A DNA stretch of 64,000 nucleotides, from NCBI GenBank assembly GCA_963764625.1, contig CAVXTH010000009.1:704001-768000 (forward strand), given 5' to 3'. Positions 1-8,936 of this stretch are shown here, piece by piece. Below the pieces are notes generated by a model. The model did not search any database, had not been told where the DNA came from, and was given only the letters and a program-made list of their open reading frames with translations. The translations under genes were made by a program, and so were the position numbers. This stretch comes from Candidatus Krumholzibacteriota bacterium (GTDB taxonomy: Bacteria > Krumholzibacteriota > Krumholzibacteriia > JAJRXK01). Position 1 is the first letter of the stretch; the number at the start of each line of letters is the position of its first letter.

Positions 1-682
1 ACGAATGATCTCCACGATTTCCGAAACCTCCAGATTGTCGAAGAGTCCATCGCTGCCCAGCACCAGGGTGTCCAAGGCGGGAAAGCGGCGCCGTCTCGCC
101 GACATCCACGCGCATTCCCTCCATGCCCAACATGCTGTGCACCAGATGCCGCTCTTCGTGCACCATGGCGTCGTGGGCGTCGAGCAAACCCGAGGCCTGG
201 GCGTAGCCGACCGGAGAGTGGGAAATTGTCTGCCACTTCAATTTGCCCCGCTGACCGGTGACAAGTGCTTCGGAATCTCCGACATGGTAGGTGCGATAGG
301 CGCCAGCATCGACTTCAGCCACCACCACGGTGGTGGCGGCGCCCACGCCCCAGCCACGAATGGCCTCGTTGGCCTCTTCGATGGCATTGAGGACCTCCAG
401 ACGGGATGCTCCCTCGTCGGCCAGCGCTTCTGCTCGTTTAGCCAGGCTCTGCACGATGGCGGCCGAGGCATCGTCGGCCCGGGGACCGCTGCCCATTCCG
501 TCCGCCACCGCGAGCAGATGGGAGTCGGCCGCAAGATGGATGATGAGCGCCGCGTCCTCGCAGCGACCATCACTGCCGGGCGATCCGCGGTATCGCAGTA
601 CGATGTGCGGCGAACCCGTCTCGAAGGCGCCCGGAGAATCCTCCGCTCGGTGGGTCCACTTGCGTACGTGGGTCTCTTCCAT
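1..682 (-). CDS. PP2C/PPM-family Ser/Thr protein phosphatase (3' end runs off the window; apparent +1 frameshift near 72-76)
   Basis: Not in the ORF track; translated by hand from ATG at 682: MEETHVRKW..CEDAALII..LLAVADGMGSG..AATTVVVAEV..YHVGDSEALV..SHSPVG, then after a 1-nt shift DTLVLGSDGLFDNL. ED, ADGMG, VGDS and SDGLFD are the PPM metal-binding motifs. Confidence 0.88.
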   Translation of the reverse strand, partial: MEETHVRKWTHRAEDSPGAFETGSPHIVLRYRGSPGSDGRCEDAALIIHLAADSHLLAVADGMGSGPRADDASAAIVQSLAKRAEALADEGASRLEVLNAIEEANEAIRGWGVGAATTVVVAEVDAGAYRTYHVGDSEALVTGQRGKLKWQTISHSPVGYAQASGLLDAHDAMVHEERHLVHSMLGMEGMRVDVGETAPLSRLGHPGAGQRWTLRQSGGFGNRGDHS

Positions 683-686
683 CGAT

Positions 687-1754
687 TCAGGCCCCGCTCT
701 CGCTGGAGACCACTCGGCTCAAGAGATCCGCGCGCGTACGCGGATCGGGACCTTCATCCGCCGTGCGCTGCAGAGCCCGGCGAACTCCTCGCAGAGAGCG
801 CGAGGGAATCGCCAGATGGCAGACGGGCTCGCCCGGTTTCACCGCGGGAAGGGTCGTCATCCCCAGGGTGATTCCGTCGACGGGCGCGACGAGGGAGTTC
901 TGCGTTTCACCGAACACGCTCACGTTGGTCGCGATGGCTTGGCCCGCCTCGACGAGTTCACCGGGCGTGACATGAAAGCGCAAAATTCCCGCCGCCTCCG
1001 CACGTACCCAGGTAGAGCGCTCGATCTTTACCTGGTACGCGGGCCGGACCGGTTCTCGATCGATCATGTGCAGCTCGGAGAGAACGTTCAGAATACCCCG
1101 AACCCCGGTCTCCTGGACCACTCGTTCGATCTTGCTGGGTTCGCCTGCCTCGAGCAGGATCGTCGGGCATCCGGCTTTCACGGCCTCCCGGCGCAAGGAG
1201 CCTTCGGGACCGCGTCCGTGAACCATCAGTTCGCAACCGAAAGCTCGAGCCAGACGTCGTACTTCCTTGTTCCTGAGATCGCCCCGCACGTTGGGAAAGT
1301 TCGTGCGGCCGGTGGCCGCGGTGTGCAGATCGATACCGTAATCGCTCTGAAGGATGATCTGCGAGAAGAGGGTATGCGCGATGCGGCGAGTGAGGCTGCC
1401 CTTGGCATCGCCCGGAAAGAAGCGGTTGAGATCCCGGCGGTCCGGCATGTAACGGTCCTGGGTTTCGAAGCCGAAGACGTTGACTACCGGGATCAGAATC
1501 AGAGTGCCGGCGAGCAGCGCCACCGGCGTGTCGAAGAGGATCTCGTGCAGAATTCCCGTGCCGTTGATCTCGTCGCCGTGGATCGCGGCGGTCACGAAAA
1601 TCGTCGGTCCCGGCTTCTTACCTCGCAAAACGTGAACCGGCAGGCTGATCTCGTCGCCGGTATAGCTTTGGCTCAACTCGAGGCGAATGTCACGGGATTC
1701 GCCGCGAGGCACTTTGACGCCCCCCAGCTGAAACATTCCGCCGGATCGTTTCAT
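687..1754 (-). CDS. Succinylglutamate desuccinylase/aspartoacylase (ASTE/ASPA, M14-like zinc deacylase/carboxypeptidase)
   Basis: Motifs AAIHGDE, DLNRFFPG, IDLHT and LLEAG, plus a C-terminal biotinyl-like hairpin. ATG at 1754 overlaps the upstream stop (ATGA). Confidence 0.92.
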   Translation of the reverse strand: MKRSGGMFQLGGVKVPRGESRDIRLELSQSYTGDEISLPVHVLRGKKPGPTIFVTAAIHGDEINGTGILHEILFDTPVALLAGTLILIPVVNVFGFETQDRYMPDRRDLNRFFPGDAKGSLTRRIAHTLFSQIILQSDYGIDLHTAATGRTNFPNVRGDLRNKEVRRLARAFGCELMVHGRGPEGSLRREAVKAGCPTILLEAGEPSKIERVVQETGVRGILNVLSELHMIDREPVRPAYQVKIERSTWVRAEAAGILRFHVTPGELVEAGQAIATNVSVFGETQNSLVAPVDGITLGMTTLPAVKPGEPVCHLAIPSRSLRGVRRALQRTADEGPDPRTRADLLSRVVSSESGA

Positions 1755-2942
1755 TTTCTTCCTCCCGTCCGGCTCGGGATCCGTTTCTTCTTGCGACGCC
1801 GCAGCGTCTTCGCGGGAATGAGAGACTTCAAGGTGAGCACCTTCCCGTAACAGACCAGAATGTCGCCCGGCAAGATCTCTTGACCCCCATGTGGCGCGGG
1901 AAAAGTGATCCCCTCGCGCTTGACGCTGAGCACGAGCACTTCGCGAATTCTCAGCCCGCTTTGTGCAATCGTCATATTGCACAGAGCGGAGTCGCGATTG
2001 ACCTGAAACTCGGCAACTCCGTAGCCGCTCTTCATGGTGAGCCGCTGACGCAAGTCGATATCAGGAAAGACGAGAAGCTCTTCGAGATGCTCGACGATCG
2101 CTCTCCGCCACATCCACGCCCGTGGCCTTTTCGATACCTTCCAGCCCCGGGGACGAATTCACCTCCATCACCTGGGGGCCGTCTTGACTCTCGAGCATGT
2201 CGACGCCGGCCAGGCGGAGCCCCATGATCTGCGCCGCTTTCACGGCGGTGCTCTGGTACTCCGCGTCGAGCTCCACCGGTTCGGTGCGTCCTCCACGGTG
2301 GACATTGCTGCGAAACTCCTGGCCCGCGGCGCGGCGCCGCATGGCAGCGATCACTCTTCCTCCCACCACCAGCGCGCGGATGTCCTTCCCCTTGCTCTCG
2401 GACACGAATTTTTGGATGAGCACGCTCTGCATGGCGCTCTGGAGCGTTTCGATGATCGCAGCGGCGATCGACTCCCGGTCGGCCAGGATTACTCCGATCC
2501 CCTGGGAACCCTCGAGCAGCTTGATGATCACCGGCGCTCCACCCACGCTACGAATGGCCGGCAGAACGTCCTCTTTCCGCCGAACGAACGCGGATTCTGG
2601 CATGCCGATGTCATGACGGCTCAGGACTTGGAGGCTGCGCAACTTATCGCGCGAGACGCTGATGGAGGTCGAAGTATTGAGACAGCTCACGCCCATCTGC
2701 TCGAACTGCCGCACCACCGCGGTGCCGAAGGGTGTGATCGAGGGTCCGATGCGGGGAATGACCACGTCGCAGTGCTCGATCGCCCGTTGGTTGTAGAGGA
2801 GGTCCGGGTCGCGCGATTCGACGTGGAGCGCGAATTTCAGAGTGTCGTAGGCGCGAATCTTGTGCCCACGCGCCACAGCCGCTTCGCGCAGCCTCCGCAC
2901 GGAATAGCCACGTGCATTGCGAGTCAGGATGGCAATCTTCAT
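1751..2942 (-). CDS. rimK: RimK-family ATP-grasp alpha-L-glutamate ligase with a C-terminal RCK_C (TrkA-C) domain; apparent +1 frameshift at ~2102
   Basis: [61 protein letters not shown]. Removing one base in GCG GAG A GCG ATC joins GVDVA to [44 protein letters not shown] (RCK_C). Confidence 0.9.
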
Positions 2943-3415
2943 CTGCGCCGCTTCCGTTGAGGGGCTGGGTTCAATCCCTGGGGCGTGGGAGGGGAGGCCA
3001 GAGAAAGTTCTCCTGTGGATCGACAAGATAGCGACCCTGCAGGGCGTTCCGGCCGATGAGCATCCGCGAGCGCATTTCTTCTCTGGAGATCAGACCCACC
3101 TCCACGAGCTGACGGACTCCGGCCAGCAAGATGGGCGTCTTCACGAAAATCCGCTCGTGGGTGTCGCCCAGACTGGACTTCACCACGCTCCTGCGGCAGA
3201 TCAATGCCTCGATGTGGCGCACGCGTGTGCGATCTTTGCGGGAGAGCGCGATCTCGAAACGAACGCGGTTTTCCGTCCAGGCATTGAAGATGATGTACGT
3301 CGAGAGCGCAAGAGCGCGCACCCGTGTCGATCTTGGCTCGAATCCGCCGGAGTCCCCATTCCGGGAGAGCCACGTATTCCCGCCATCCGATGGTGCGCAG
3401 CGCGTTCTCAGCCAA
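2939..3415 (-). CDS. RimK-associated retropepsin-like 'ATP-dependent zinc protease' family protein (RimB-like); two apparent compensating frameshifts (~3272, ~3001)
   Basis: TTG start after [27 protein letters not shown] lies in one frame and [26 protein letters not shown] in the adjacent frame. The first frame's stop overlaps the rimK ATG. Confidence 0.85.
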   Translation of the reverse strand: MAENALRTIGWREYVALPEWGLRRIRAKIDTGARSCALDVHHLQCLDGKPRSFRDRALPQRSHTRAPHRGIDLPQERGEVQSGRHPRADFREDAHLAGRSPSARGGGSDLQRRNALADAHRPERPAGSLSCRSTGELSLASPPTPQGLNPAPQRKRRR

Positions 3416-3609
3416 GGGTTCTCCTGTTGCCCGCCGGAAGAAATTTGGTCGCGGACATCATATTCAATGGCGAAGACCATTGGAAGCCGGAGTTCTCGCC
3501 AAAGAGAGCGCCTGTCTCTCGGGGCGATTGTCGAAGCGGCGGAAATCCTGTTACACTGCCACTTCACGCTCTCCTGCAATCCGTTTCACTCTTTCACGCG
3601 ATTTCCGTC

Positions 3610-4581
3610 ATGAGTCGACTTCTCCTGGTGGCCAGCGAACGAGGGCTCTGGCGGGTGCCGCTCGAGGAAGAGTTGCCGCGCTCGCACGAGCAACTTTCGG
3701 TAGACGTGCCGGCGGACGAAATTCGAGCCCTCGTGGGAACGGGAGACACCGCCGCCGCGCTCGGCAGCGACGGACGTTTTCTTCTGTGGGATAATGCCGC
3801 GCGGTGCTTCCGGGAGGAAGTCCCCCTCGATCTGCAAGAGTGCGAGCTCGAGTGCGCGAGCATGGCAAGCGACGGCAGCCTCTATGTCGGCGCCTGTCCG
3901 CCCCACGTCTGGCGCTGGCGGCGCGAAGAGGGGTGGCGAGAGCTCGCGGGCCTCACCGAGCTTGCCGCCAGCGGACACTGGCAGGGTCTGGAAGCGCCCT
4001 ATGAACCGCGCGTGAGTGGACTCTGGGCCGACGGGAGCTCGGTCTGGGCCAGCATCAGCGTCGGGGGGCTCTGTCGCCACCAGGACGGCCGGTGGGGCCC
4101 GTTCGGCCAGAAGGCTCTCCCCCGGGATCAGCGGGGGCTCGCCTTCCTGCCCCCTCTCTTGTATCTGGCCAGCGGACAGGGACTGTGGTCGCTCGATCCG
4201 GCCAACGGCAGCGCCTCCCGTCTCAGCCTTCCGCCGCGCGCCGCTTTCGCCGCTCGTTTCGGTCGACGGAATCCCGGCTCCGAGGACTTCGTACTCGCGG
4301 CGGCTCCCGGCCCGCCCGCGACCTGGCGTGGGCCCCAAGGATCGCGGATGAGCGTCTGGCACTTCGCCACACACGCCACGGTAGGCCGGCCCGTGGCTGG
4401 TCCTTTCCACGGAGTGATCGAAGGATTGGCGCTCGATCGCGAGCTGGCGTGGGTCGCGACCGACGACGGCGAGCTCTGGCGGGTTCCGCTGGCCGGTCCG
4501 GCTCCCGATCAGCCGCTGGTGGGGGATTTCCCGGCTCTGCGGGGGCTTTTCCTCATTGATGAACCCGCGTCCCGAGGGTAG
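3610..4581 (+). CDS. WD40/YVTN/BNR-like beta-propeller protein of unknown function
   Basis: Repeated blade-like segments (LYVGACPPHVWR, VWASISVGGLCR, LYLASGQGLW, AWVATDDGELWR); no signal peptide; ATG at 3610. Confidence 0.6.
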   Translation: MSRLLLVASERGLWRVPLEEELPRSHEQLSVDVPADEIRALVGTGDTAAALGSDGRFLLWDNAARCFREEVPLDLQECELECASMASDGSLYVGACPPHVWRWRREEGWRELAGLTELAASGHWQGLEAPYEPRVSGLWADGSSVWASISVGGLCRHQDGRWGPFGQKALPRDQRGLAFLPPLLYLASGQGLWSLDPANGSASRLSLPPRAAFAARFGRRNPGSEDFVLAAAPGPPATWRGPQGSRMSVWHFATHATVGRPVAGPFHGVIEGLALDRELAWVATDDGELWRVPLAGPAPDQPLVGDFPALRGLFLIDEPASRG

Positions 4582-4645
4582 CCTGCCCCAAGGTCGTCCG
4601 AGTGCACCTGGCCGCCAATTGCGGAAGAGATGTGGGAGTCGATTC

Positions 4646-5155
4646 ATGAACCGTTGGTTGCGCATGATCCTCGAGGGAATGCTCGCGGGGAGCCTCTGGC
4701 TTCTGCTGGCGGCTGCTCCGGCGCGGGCGCAGTCGTACTACGACTGGAATCAGGTGGGGGACCCCTACGTGGCCGCCATCGGATTGCAGGCCGGATGGTC
4801 CACCGGCACTGGGCTGTCGGTGCGCTGGCCCCTTCTGCCGCAGACCATGATGTCGGTGACGGGGGGCATCTGGCGCAAAGACAAGAGCACCGACTGGAAC
4901 CTGGGAGTGGAACTCAACCTGGTGCTCCGCCAGGAGGGGAGGATTCGGCTCTACGCGGGACCGGCGCTCGCGGTCATCCACGACGGAAAGGGTGGCGCGG
5001 ACGGGGACCAGCACTGGAACGGGTCGCTGGGAGTCGGCATCGAGTACCTGCTGATGCCGCGCCTGGCTCTGAAAGTGGACCTGGGATTCGTCTACCGCAG
5101 CAGCACCGACGACATCCTGCCCCTACCCCAGGGTGGGCTCTATTTCTACTTCTGA
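4646..5155 (+). CDS. Small outer-membrane beta-barrel protein
   Basis: Signal peptide ending ARA-Q, alternating amphipathic strands (SLGVGIEY, LKVDLGF) and a C-terminal beta-signal GLYFYF. Confidence 0.75.
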   Translation: MNRWLRMILEGMLAGSLWLLLAAAPARAQSYYDWNQVGDPYVAAIGLQAGWSTGTGLSVRWPLLPQTMMSVTGGIWRKDKSTDWNLGVELNLVLRQEGRIRLYAGPALAVIHDGKGGADGDQHWNGSLGVGIEYLLMPRLALKVDLGFVYRSSTDDILPLPQGGLYFYF

Positions 5156-6091
5156 GTCCGACTCGAATCGGAAGGGCCGCTCCCGCTCGAAATCGGGGAC
5201 GCAGCTCTCCTGACTCGTGAGATCCTGCACGAAGGCGTTTTCCAGCCCCAGCTCGAGCGCGTAGTCCGTGATCTCATCGTACTCCGTGACGCTCAGGCTT
5301 CGATTCAGCGCGGGGTAGGCGCTCGCGCGGTACCGTGGCGCGTACTGCGACATGATGCTGAGATGAAGCTCGGGAGAGAGTGTGGCGAGGAAACGCAGAC
5401 AGCGTTTGGAGTCTTCCACCTGACCGGGTAGAACCAGATGGCGCACCAGAAGACCTCTGCGCGCGATCCCGAAGCGGTTGCAGTTCAAGAGACCCACCTG
5501 CGCGAACATCTCACGGATCGCGGCCTGGGCGACTTTCGGGTAGTCGGGCGCCAGGGAGAATTCCTTTGCGAGTCTGGAACTCGCGTACTTCAGATCAGGA
5601 AGGTAGATGTCGACGAGTCCGTCGATGCGCCGCAGCGCCGCGACGGAATCGTACCCGCCCGAGTTGTAGACGATGGGAAGACGCAGACCTCTCGCCTTGG
5701 CGATTTCGATTGCGTCTGCGAGCTGGAAAATCACATGCGAAGGAGAGACCAGGTTCAGGTTGTGCGCTCCACGCGCCTCCAACTCGAGCATGAGCCCGGC
5801 AAGTTCCTCGTTGGAGTACTCGCGGGAGTGGATGGCCGCCGCAGCGCGGCTGATCTGGTGATTTTGGCAGAACACGCAGCGGAGATTGCAGCCGCTGAAG
5901 AAGATCGTGCCCGAGCCACGCTGACCACATATCGGCGGCTCTTCCCCGAAATGCAGCCCGTAGTGGGCTACTTGCGCCCGCTCGCCGATCCCGCACACTC
6001 CGGTCTCGTCGCGGGTTCGATCGACTCCGCACCCCCGTGGACAACAGTCACAGCGCGCCAATTCGGATCGGGAAAAGGAGTGGAACGCCAT
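5123..6091 (-). CDS. PflX-family radical SAM protein
   Basis: CDCCPRGCGVDR, HFGEEPPI, GSGTIFFSGCNLRCVFCQN (CxxxCxxC), DIYLPDLKY, VRHLVLPG, MSQY. Confidence 0.9.
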   Translation of the reverse strand: MAFHSFSRSELARCDCCPRGCGVDRTRDETGVCGIGERAQVAHYGLHFGEEPPICGQRGSGTIFFSGCNLRCVFCQNHQISRAAAAIHSREYSNEELAGLMLELEARGAHNLNLVSPSHVIFQLADAIEIAKARGLRLPIVYNSGGYDSVAALRRIDGLVDIYLPDLKYASSRLAKEFSLAPDYPKVAQAAIREMFAQVGLLNCNRFGIARRGLLVRHLVLPGQVEDSKRCLRFLATLSPELHLSIMSQYAPRYRASAYPALNRSLSVTEYDEITDYALELGLENAFVQDLTSQESCVPDFERERPFRFESDSEVEIEPTLG

Positions 6092-6097
6092 GGCCGC

Positions 6098-6934
6098 TCA
6101 GCTCACGAATTGGAGTGTCTTCACCTTGGGCAGGATTCCGGCTTCCGCTCCCATGTCGAGCAGCAGGCGTACCGCCTTCCGGCCCTGTTCTCCGTAGTCC
6201 AGAGTGTAGTCGTTGACATACATGCCCACGAATCGATCGGCGGTGTCGGCCCCCATGTCGCGAGCGTAGTTCAGTGCGTACTCGAGGGCTTCTTGCCGGT
6301 GCTCCAGCCCGTGGCGGATGCTGTGGAGCAGGACCTTGTTGATCTCGCTCATGCGCTCATCGCCCAGGTCCCGTCGGATAGCGTTGCCCCCCAAGGGGAG
6401 AGGCAGGCCCGTCTCCTTCTTCCACCACTGTCCGGTGTCCAGCAGCAGCTTCAATCCCTGTTGCGGATAGCTCAACTGACCCTCGTGAATGATCAGACCG
6501 GCCTCGAAGCTCCCGTCGGCCACTCTGGGAATGATCTGATCGAAGGGAATCACCTCGTAGTCGAACTCCGATTGCAGGATCAGCCGTAGGGCCAGGTAGG
6601 CCGTCGTCATCGTGCCGGGAATCGCGATCTTGGTTCCCTTCAGATCGGCAAGAGTGAGTCCGCTGTCCTGCCTGGTTACCACCATGGGACCGTAGTCGTC
6701 GCCCATGCTGCTTCCCGCGGGCAGTAGCGCGTACTTGTCCAACACGTAGGCGTAGGCGTGAATGGAGATCGCGGTGATGTGCAGCTCACCTCGCATTGCG
6801 CGCTCGTTGAGGGTCTGGATGTCTTGCAGGATGTGCTCGAAGGTGTACTCGCCGGTGGGGATCTTGTGGTGGGCCAAGGCCCAGAACATGAAGGCGTCAT
6901 CGGGATCGGGGCTGTGTCCGAGCGTCAGGTGCAT
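6098..6934 (-). CDS. mqnD: 1,4-dihydroxy-6-naphthoate synthase (futalosine menaquinone pathway)
   Basis: LGHSPDPDDAFMF, DIQTLN, AIPGTMTTAYL, GLIIHEGQL, LPLPLGGN, MYVN. Confidence 0.9.
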   Translation of the reverse strand: MHLTLGHSPDPDDAFMFWALAHHKIPTGEYTFEHILQDIQTLNERAMRGELHITAISIHAYAYVLDKYALLPAGSSMGDDYGPMVVTRQDSGLTLADLKGTKIAIPGTMTTAYLALRLILQSEFDYEVIPFDQIIPRVADGSFEAGLIIHEGQLSYPQQGLKLLLDTGQWWKKETGLPLPLGGNAIRRDLGDERMSEINKVLLHSIRHGLEHRQEALEYALNYARDMGADTADRFVGMYVNDYTLDYGEQGRKAVRLLLDMGAEAGILPKVKTLQFVS

Positions 6935-7021
6935 CGTGGTCCGCCAAGCTTGGGTACGAATGGTGCAAAACGTGCAAAGAATGCAGCTCGAGTGATCAAC
7001 TGAGGGGGGTTCCGCCCGGCC

Positions 7022-7050
7022 AAACTAGCAGAGGGTGCACTGGCTGGCAA
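7022..7050 (-). promoter_or_regulatory. sigma70-like promoter for mqnD and the PflX gene
   Basis: TTGCCA-N17-TAGTTT on the minus strand. Confidence 0.45.
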
Positions 7051-7063
7051 GAAACGGACTCTC

Positions 7064-7092
7064 TTGCCGGGTGGTCTTCCATCGGCTAGCTT
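7064..7092 (+). promoter_or_regulatory. sigma70-like promoter for the ferredoxin (back-to-back with the mqnD promoter)
   Basis: TTGCCG-N17-TAGCTT. Confidence 0.45.
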
Positions 7093-7152
7093 GGCCCCTC
7101 CGAGGTCAGGCGGCCTGATTCTTTGATTTTCGGCAGAAACGGAGCCGGCAGC

Positions 7153-7434
7153 ATGCCAGAGGTCACATTTCTCAACGATGAGGTCACGGTGGAGGTGAAA
7201 CCGGGATCCACCGTGCAATTGGCGGCCCAGCTCGCCGGCAGCGCCCTGCCGTTCGGCTGCAGGGCCGGCACCTGTGGGACTTGCATTCTGCGCGTGGTGA
7301 GCGGTCTTCAGAGCCTGGAGGAGCCGGGCTTCGTGGAGGCCGATACTCTGGCCGAATTCGGCAAAGACGGGACGGTGTGCCGTCTCGGCTGTCAGCTCAT
7401 CGTCGAGGAAGAACCCATCTCGGTGAAATACTAA
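7153..7434 (+). CDS. 2Fe-2S ferredoxin
   Basis: LPFGCRAGTCGTC...RLGCQ cluster ligands; 93 aa. Confidence 0.9.
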   Translation: MPEVTFLNDEVTVEVKPGSTVQLAAQLAGSALPFGCRAGTCGTCILRVVSGLQSLEEPGFVEADTLAEFGKDGTVCRLGCQLIVEEEPISVKY

Positions 7435-7574
7435 TTCGACTCGCGTTCTCTCGTGAGCGCATCCAACTGACGCTCACAGGTTTTCTGTCGGCCGGAGAGT
7501 CTTCCCAAGTACACGAGAATGGCCAACCAGACGATGCTGTAGGCCGAGAAAACCCACCAGAAATTGTGCGGCAT
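7431..7574 (-). CDS. ccmD: CcmD-family heme exporter protein D (47 aa; absent from the ORF track)
   Basis: MPHNFWWVFSAYSIVWLAILVYLGRLSGRQKTCERQLDALTRERESN: single TM helix with AY..W..Y pattern and a charged tail; TGATG-coupled to ccmC. Confidence 0.85.
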   Translation of the reverse strand: MPHNFWWVFSAYSIVWLAILVYLGRLSGRQKTCERQLDALTRERESN

Positions 7575-8254
7575 CAGTCCATACCTCCGGAGATTTGAAG
7601 TTCCTCGATTCTATCTTCGAGGCGAATTCCTCGAACGCGCGCGCGCAACAGGATGACGTAGAAGATCGTGAGCGTCGCCACTCCGACCAGCAGAGCGACG
7701 AGAAAGATGGGAGCGAGGCCGCTCTTCGCGCCGCCGCCGATGACGGGAGCCGGGTGCTGACTCGCCTTCACTCGATTCGCCAGATAGACGATGGGCACGC
7801 CCAGCCAGCCGATGATTCCGGTCACCGAGGCGAGGACACTGCGCCGATCGCGCTCGGGAACGGTTTCCCGCAGAATGAGATAGGCGAGGTAGATCAGCCA
7901 GAGCACCAGAGTGCTCGTGAGCCGGACGTCCCAGGTCCACCAGATTCCCCACACCGGCCGGGCCCATAGGGGGCCGGTGATGAGAACCAGGGTGGTGAAC
8001 ATCAGACCGACCTCGGCCGAGGCGGCGGCCCAGCGATCGTGATCGGGATTCCGCGAGGCGAGGTAACGCCCGCCCATGATCGCCGTCACGGTGAAGGCCA
8101 AGAATCCTACCCAGGCACAGGGTACGTGGATGAAGAAGATCTTCTGCACGTAGCCCTGCGTTCTCTCCAGCGGGATGTGGAGGAAGACGAGGTAGCACAG
8201 TGTCACCATGGCGATGGCGTCCAGGACCAGGAGTACTCGATCGATCGTGCGCAT
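7574..8254 (-). CDS. ccmC: Heme exporter CcmC
   Basis: FIHVP, WWD motif WARPVWGIWWTWDVRLT, second His in QHP. Confidence 0.93.
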   Translation of the reverse strand: MRTIDRVLLVLDAIAMVTLCYLVFLHIPLERTQGYVQKIFFIHVPCAWVGFLAFTVTAIMGGRYLASRNPDHDRWAAASAEVGLMFTTLVLITGPLWARPVWGIWWTWDVRLTSTLVLWLIYLAYLILRETVPERDRRSVLASVTGIIGWLGVPIVYLANRVKASQHPAPVIGGGAKSGLAPIFLVALLVGVATLTIFYVILLRARVRGIRLEDRIEELQISGGMD

Positions 8255-8255
8255 C

Positions 8256-8936
8256 TCATTCCTCCAAAACGAATCCGTAGAGCAGAAAGCCCGCAATGAC
8301 AAAAATGAAGTCAAAACCGCCGAGAAGCCGCAACCACGCGTTCAATCCCTCGTTCCCGCCCGGGGTGAGAATGAGAGTTGTCGCCTCCACCGCAGCCATG
8401 ACCATGGGGGCAAGGATGGGAAGAAGCAAGACCGGAAGCATGACCTCGCGCAGACGACTCTTCTGCGAGACGACCGCGAAGACGGTTCCCACCGCCACGA
8501 ATCCCAGGGTTCCCAGCAGCAGGACGAGAAAGAACCAGGGGGTGAGATGCCGCTGATCTAGGTCGAACCATACGATGGAGAAAATCAGAACGACCGCTTC
8601 ACCCGCCGCCATGAAGAGGGAGTGGGAGAGGAACTTTCCCAAATACACGGCACCCCGATCGGCCGGGCTCAACAACAAACCAATGGTGCCTCCGTCTTGG
8701 GAATCGCGCGCGGCGCTGCGTCCCAGGCCCAGCATTCCCGCGAAAAGGTAAGCGGTCCACAGGCATCCCGGTACGACGTCCTCGCGGGCGTGACGCGCCG
8801 GATCGAAGGCAAACACGAAAGTGACCACGGTGAGAAGGCCGAACATGATCACGGTGGTGAGCACGTCCTTCTGCCGCCACTCGGCCGAAACGTCGCGGCG
8901 GAATACCGCAGTGGCTACTTCGAGAAACCCTCTCAT
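8256..8936 (-). CDS. ccmB: Heme exporter membrane subunit CcmB
   Basis: About six TM helices; QDGG..LLLSP..YLGK, REVMLPVLLLP; lies between ccmA and ccmC. Confidence 0.9.
   Translation of the reverse strand: MRGFLEVATAVFRRDVSAEWRQKDVLTTVIMFGLLTVVTFVFAFDPARHAREDVVPGCLWTAYLFAGMLGLGRSAARDSQDGGTIGLLLSPADRGAVYLGKFLSHSLFMAAGEAVVLIFSIVWFDLDQRHLTPWFFLVLLLGTLGFVAVGTVFAVVSQKSRLREVMLPVLLLPILAPMVMAAVEATTLILTPGGNEGLNAWLRLLGGFDFIFVIAGFLLYGFVLEE

Noticed and set aside
5-1850. Long plus-strand ORFs 5..871 and 330..1850, and similar long antisense ORFs (e.g. 14557..16416, 22395..23954, 24805..26529, 30790..32832, 37501..39048)
   Set aside because: They shadow well-supported opposite-strand genes and have no recognisable motifs; long antisense ORFs are expected in high-GC DNA.
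1751-2113. Stand-alone TrkA-C gene
   Set aside because: It has no convincing start or RBS, and a single-base correction joins it seamlessly to RimK.
5123-6091. Radical SAM next to mqnD read as MqnC or MqnE
   Set aside because: The motifs are PflX-family (HFGEEP, GSGTIFF), not CofH/MqnC-like.
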